DNA of 32,000 bases. It comes from Prochlorococcus sp. MIT 0801. Lineage in GTDB: Bacteria; Cyanobacteriota; Cyanobacteriia; PCC-6307; Cyanobiaceae. Below the pieces are notes generated by a model. That model did not search any database and was not told where the DNA came from. It saw nothing but the letters and a program-made list of their open reading frames with translations. The translations under genes were made by a program, and so were the position numbers. Of this stretch, positions 28,546 through 32,000 are shown piece by piece. Numbering within the stretch: the stretch's first letter is position 1; every line of letters starts with the position of its first letter. The DNA lies in the NCBI RefSeq assembly GCF_000757865.1, contig NZ_CP007754.1, positions 1,380,001-1,412,000 of the forward strand. The letters run 5' to 3'.

Positions 28546-29208
28546 AGAGATCAGGAAATAAAGATTATTAAATTGTTTTATAGATTTAGAAATAAGATTT
28601 AGATGTAATTAATGTAATTATAATATCATTTATTTTTGAAAATATCTCATATAAGTTATAATAAGCTTACCATCAAAGTTATTTAAATAAGAATTTTTGT
28701 AATTAATAATAGCAAAATCTTTACAAGTCTTTTAAGCCTCTTTATTTATGTCGAAAGCTATTATTTAAATCTCATTGGAATGCTTAGCCAAGCCAACTGA
28801 ATAATACGCTTACTTAGAACCAACATTAATTATAATTAATTGAAATTATTTTTTCTAAATTCTTATGCAGTAGTTGCTCATATGTACTTTATCACTTTTC
28901 GACATGACAGGCCTCAGAGGATTATCCTAGAGAATTAATACCTTTAAAAAGTCTTCGAAAAACTTTTCACCGCTGATTCTCTATATAAGTATTAGTTATT
29001 AAAATACTTCTCAATTTAGATAATAATCTTAGTGCATTATCTAAATCATTAATCTCATTCATTGATTCGTGGAAAAGATATTTTAATAAACTATCTTTAA
29101 CAATTTGATTGAGATTCATCTATCTATAAGCACTAAATTTAGCTGGTATGGGGCATGAGAACTTTCAGATATAGGCTCCAAATCTATACATATCTAACTT
29201 TAAAACAA

Positions 29209-29281
29209 TGGAGCCAAGCGGATTCGAACCGCTGACCCCCTGCATGCCATGCAGGTGCTCTACCAACTGAGCTATGGCCCC
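29209..29281 (-). tRNA. tRNA-Ala (anticodon GGC)
   Basis: The reverse complement folds as GGGGCCA-TA-GCTC-AGTTGGTA-GAGC-A-CCTGC-ATGGCAT-GCAGG-GGGTC-AGCGG-TTCGAAT-CCGCT-TGGCTCC-A. The G3:U70 alanine identity pair is present. No CCA is encoded. Confidence 0.95.
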
Positions 29282-29747
29282 AATATTGCTGAGATTAAAA
29301 GGTATGCAGTTAATCTCATTAATTGCACTTATTGTAGTTCACAGCATAAATCCAACTTAATAAGTTCATAATTACAAGTCATATAAAATATAGTTTGCGA
29401 GCTCCTAACTGAAGTCAAGAGTTAATCTTTGTTTTCTTAATAGCAATGTATTTACTATCTATCTCATAACAAAAACTAGCCCTAGCAGCTTCTGAAAAAA
29501 TTTCGCGAATCTTCCAGTTAATTTCAAAAGATGGTTTTGTTTTTCTAGATGTGAAAGGCTTCTTCATTAACAGAGTTAAAGTCGCAAGTAGACAAAGAAT
29601 TTAATGGTTCTTTTGGAGTTGTGTAAAAAAAATTATTCATCACAAAAATTCACAAAGAAAAGCATCACCAAACTTAAAACAAGTCAAAATCAATCGATAT
29701 CTAACGTAAAAAGTTCTCTTTCGAGAGATAGTTGTTCATAATGATAC

Positions 29748-29773
29748 TTTTCCACATTTTCTCTTTTTCCTCA
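29748..29773 (+). promoter_or_regulatory. DnaA-box-like pair: TTTTCCACA (perfect, 29748..29756) and TTTTCCtCA (29765..29773)
   Basis: Exact match to the cyanobacterial DnaA-box consensus TTTTCCACA. The sequence is read directly; the function is inferred. Confidence 0.4.
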
Positions 29774-29952
29774 CATTACAAAAAGTTTTGTCCGAGATTT
29801 TTGACAAGAACTTTTTAATGTATCAAGAGATACGAAACCCTTGAGAGCTACTGCAATACCTATGATTGAGGTGATCGATCATTTTTTTGTAATTAATCCA
29901 CTTATTCAATTGACATGCCCCCTATTGAGATTTTTTTTCAAATCATGAATTT

Positions 29953-29969
29953 TGTGGAAAAGTGGAAAA
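29953..29969 (-). promoter_or_regulatory. tandem abutting DnaA-box-like sites: TGTGGAAAA (perfect reverse complement, 29953..29961) and aGTGGAAAA (29961..29969)
   Basis: Direct read tttGTGGAAAAGTGGAAAAccc. The two sites have the opposite orientation to the 29748 box. Confidence 0.4.
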
Positions 29970-30081
29970 CCCGCATTGAATGCATGTAATTCTTAATCTT
30001 TTTTTTAAAGACCATCAAAATAATTTCTAGATATAGTTTTTCTTTTTAACGGCAAAAAGAAAAAAATTCAGCTAAAGAAAT

Positions 30082-30124
30082 AACTTGCTTATAGCAGATG
30101 TATACATTATAGCTCTAGCAAGTT
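30082..30124. repeat. nested palindromic element
   Basis: An 8-bp perfect inverted repeat, AACTTGCT (30082..30089) and AGCAAGTT (30117..30124), encloses direct TATAGC copies (30090..30095 and 30108..30113). At the centre is a perfect 10-bp palindrome ATGTATACAT (30098..30107). Confidence 0.85.
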
Positions 30125-30356
30125 TTCTCTTCTTCTAAGTCTTTAGTTGACAATTCTAATTCCTTTTCAAAAGCGTTACTTATTTTAAAGCCAAAAACTT
30201 CGATGGTGTCATGACATAAAGAGTTTTTCAAAGAAAATTATGCCCTGATAAAAATTATTTATGTTGAAAGTTTAAAACTAGCCGCTTAATTAATAAATTA
30301 ATTTATTTTGCTGACTTTGAAGCCAGCAGAAGATAATTTAGATTCATAGTGATTGT

Positions 30357-30587
30357 ATGAATAATCCTTTCTCCATTTATTGGAATAAAAATTGGACCTT
30401 TCAAATAGTACATATGGAAGGTGGTATTTACATAGAAGCAAAAGGACTGGGAGTTCTCATAAGAAAACCTTTATTAGCAACTGAAAGTCCATTGACTGCA
30501 GCAGACGATTTAGTTCATAGTGAAGACAAAAATAGAAATTTTTTATTCAACTCTTGGAAATCAAAAAGAATTAATATTTCTAATTAG
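30357..30587 (+). CDS. hypothetical 76-aa protein
   Basis: ORF only. It converges on lexA with a 14-nt gap and has no recognisable motifs. Confidence 0.35.
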   Translation: MNNPFSIYWNKNWTFQIVHMEGGIYIEAKGLGVLIRKPLLATESPLTAADDLVHSEDKNRNFLFNSWKSKRINISN

Positions 30588-30601
30588 TTTTAGAAATAGC
30601 G

Positions 30602-31210
30602 TTAAGTTTTCCTCCACACAGCTGCTAATTTTCCCTGAACATGTACTTGTTCAGCATCAATTTCTATAGGTTCATAAGATGTATTAGCGGCCTCTAAACG
30701 AACTAAACTTCCATCACGAAAAAAATGTTTCAAAGTAGTACCCAGTCCCGGAACCATAGCGCTAACTATAGTGCCGTTTCTCAGACGAGCTGGATCATTC
30801 ACAGGCTCCATTAAAACCATATCTCCGTCTGCAATAAAAGAATCAATCATTGAATCTCCATTTACCGTCAAGGCAAAAAGTCCCTTTAATTGAAGAACTG
30901 AATTTAAGTCTAGAGTTTCCTGCACATCATCAAAAGTTTCAACCAACCCACCTGCAGCGATCGATCCCAAAACAGGAACACCTGAGATGTTCTCCTCTAT
31001 TAATTGGAGTGTTCTTGCCTGCCCTTCTTGCCATTTTATCCACCCTTTTTGCTGTAAATGTCTTAAACGGCTTTGGATTGGCGCGGGAGATCTCAATCCC
31101 ATGGCTTGCATCATTTGCCTAATTGAAGGGCTGTGATGATGATCTCCAATAAAATCTACAAGCCAGTCATAGAGTTCTTGCTGTGCAATAGTGAGAGCTT
31201 CTTCTGGCAT
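30602..31210 (-). CDS. lexA: LexA repressor (S24 peptidase)
   Basis: 202 aa with an N-terminal winged HTH (SPSIRQMMQAMGLRSPAPIQSRLRHLQQKGWI), an Ala-Gly cleavage site (SIAAGGLVE), Ser in VNGDSMID and Lys in TTLKHF. Confidence 0.93.
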   Translation of the reverse strand: MPEEALTIAQQELYDWLVDFIGDHHHSPSIRQMMQAMGLRSPAPIQSRLRHLQQKGWIKWQEGQARTLQLIEENISGVPVLGSIAAGGLVETFDDVQETLDLNSVLQLKGLFALTVNGDSMIDSFIADGDMVLMEPVNDPARLRNGTIVSAMVPGLGTTLKHFFRDGSLVRLEAANTSYEPIEIDAEQVHVQGKLAAVWRKT

Positions 31211-31222
31211 TCGGATGGATTA

Positions 31223-31252
31223 AGTACATTTGTCCTTCAATACATATGTACC
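31223..31252 (-). promoter_or_regulatory. two LexA-box-like palindromes in the lexA promoter (autoregulation)
   Basis: Box 1 is AGTACATTTGTCC at 31223..31235 (AGTAC-N4-GTcC on the + strand). Box 2 is 31240..31252, read on the minus strand as GGTACATATGTAT (GTAC-N4-GTAt). Each is one mismatch from the cyanobacterial RGTACNNNDGTWCB / GTAC-N4-GTAC type box. They lie 13-42 nt upstream of the lexA ATG. Confidence 0.55.
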
Positions 31253-31275
31253 TAATATATTTCAAAGTCGCAACC

Positions 31276-32000
31276 CTAGATACCTCCCAGTTGGACGGCG
31301 AGCAAGGCTTGCTGAACATGAAGCCTGTTCTCAGCTTGATCAAAGATATGACTGTTTTCGCTCTCTAAAGCCTTTTCAGTGATTTCTTCTCCTCTATGAG
31401 CAGGCAAACAATGCAAAATGATTACGTCATCATCTGCAAGTCCTATTAATTTTTGATCAACTTTATAGTTTTCAAAAATTTTTTTCCTCTTCAAATGTTC
31501 TTCTTCTTGCCCCATAGAAGCCCAGACATCTGTATAAATAACTTGAGCTTCCTTTACAGCCTCTGAAGGATCATTAGAAATAGATATTTCCGAACCAAAT
31601 TCCGAGAGCGATTTCGCCTTCTCTACAATTTGAGAATCCGCTTCAAAACCTTTTGGAGAGCAAATTTTCACATTAACTCCCAACATTGCACCACATATCA
31701 TCAATGAGTTGGCAACATTATTGCCATCTCCAACATAAGAAAGATTTATCCCTTTCAGCTCCCCAAACTTTTCTTGAATTGTTAAATAATCAGCAAGCGC
31801 CTGACAAGGATGTTCGAGGTCAGTTAATGCATTAATGACAGGTATAGAGGACCATTCTGCATACTCCTCTATTTCTTTCTGAGAAAAAGTCCTAATTGCT
31901 AGTGCGTCACAATAGCGACTCAAAACCCTTGCGGTGTCTTTAATAGGTTCGCCCCTGCCTAGTTGTGTGATTTGAGGATTCAAATCAACAGTTTGACCTC
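31276..32000 (-). CDS. argF: ornithine carbamoyltransferase, C-terminal ~240 codons (5' end lies beyond the window)
   Basis: Motifs SIPVINALTDLEHPCQALAD, GDGNNVANSL and HCLPAHRGEE (the HCLP ornithine-binding motif). The frame remains open to position 32000, so the Met at 31983 is internal. Confidence 0.93.
   Translation of the reverse strand, partial: GQTVDLNPQITQLGRGEPIKDTARVLSRYCDALAIRTFSQKEIEEYAEWSSIPVINALTDLEHPCQALADYLTIQEKFGELKGINLSYVGDGNNVANSLMICGAMLGVNVKICSPKGFEADSQIVEKAKSLSEFGSEISISNDPSEAVKEAQVIYTDVWASMGQEEEHLKRKKIFENYKVDQKLIGLADDDVIILHCLPAHRGEEITEKALESENSHIFDQAENRLHVQQALLAVQLGGI

Noticed and set aside
28786-28793. AGCCAAGC 8-mer identical to part of the tRNA-Ala acceptor/T-stem region, considered as an att repeat
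   Set aside because: The flanks do not match (3 of 9 downstream positions). An 8-mer match in 8 kb is within chance.
20971-29208. NtcA sites (GTA-N8-TAC), CRISPR repeats, IS inverted repeats and an integrase in the island
   Set aside because: A manual scan of the spacers 20971..22007, 23220..23904 and 24811..25368 found no GTA-N8-TAC. Across the island I saw no regularly spaced direct repeats and no recombinase-like ORF. Short repeats such as agatttaga x2 (28583..28604) are AT-rich coincidences.
29761-29775. TTCCTCACA resembling the Yfr1 sRNA core motif (ACUCCUCACAC)
   Set aside because: It matches only about 7 of 11 positions and lacks the flanking hairpins. It is better explained as a one-mismatch DnaA-like box.
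29068-29969. Calling the DnaA-box cluster the chromosomal oriC
   Set aside because: dnaN and dnaA are not in the window, and no GC-skew calculation is possible here. In this group the origin is conventionally placed upstream of dnaN, so I report only an orphan box cluster.
24444-31122. ORFs 24444..24629(-), 26790..26984(-) and 30850..31122(+)
   Set aside because: They are antisense shadows within the sulfotransferase-like gene, the TPR-methyltransferase gene and lexA.

Overview
This is a low-GC cyanobacterial chromosome segment. Gene content and order fit a marine picocyanobacterium of the Prochlorococcus type best; this is an inference, since no database search was possible. Positions 1-20.6 kb are tightly packed housekeeping DNA. 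They carry flavodoxin isiB, a minus-strand EamA / GT4 / GT39(ArnT-like) operon, sppA, aroH, the block rpmH-rnpA-PH-domain protein-yidC-ycf46-like AAA ATPase-serS-rseP, then rpsN, pnp, a cysQ-like phosphatase and rsmI. A tRNA-Arg(TCT) at 20.9 kb (+) and a tRNA-Ala(GGC) at 29.2 kb (-) point their 3' ends at each other across 8.2 kb of AT-rich, gene-sparse accessory DNA. Annotated CDS cover 4935 of those 8238 nt. The interval holds a GT2 glycosyltransferase, a sulfotransferase-like P-loop protein, a TPR + SAM-methyltransferase fusion, two small membrane or secreted proteins, and decayed ORF fragments carrying an (AG)10 microsatellite. Right of tRNA-Ala lies a 1075-nt gap with no ORF of 60 aa or more. 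It contains a cluster of cyanobacterial-type DnaA boxes (TTTTCCACA): two perfect copies and several with one mismatch. Next come a 76-aa ORF, lexA (with two LexA-box-like GTAC-N4-GTAC palindromes in its promoter) and the 3' part of argF. I found no integrase, transposase, CRISPR array or rRNA. The most interesting signals are the tRNA-bracketed island with a surface-glycan tailoring cassette and unusually long leaders, and the orphan DnaA-box cluster. Neither adds up to a clearly defined new multi-gene system that I can support from the sequence alone.
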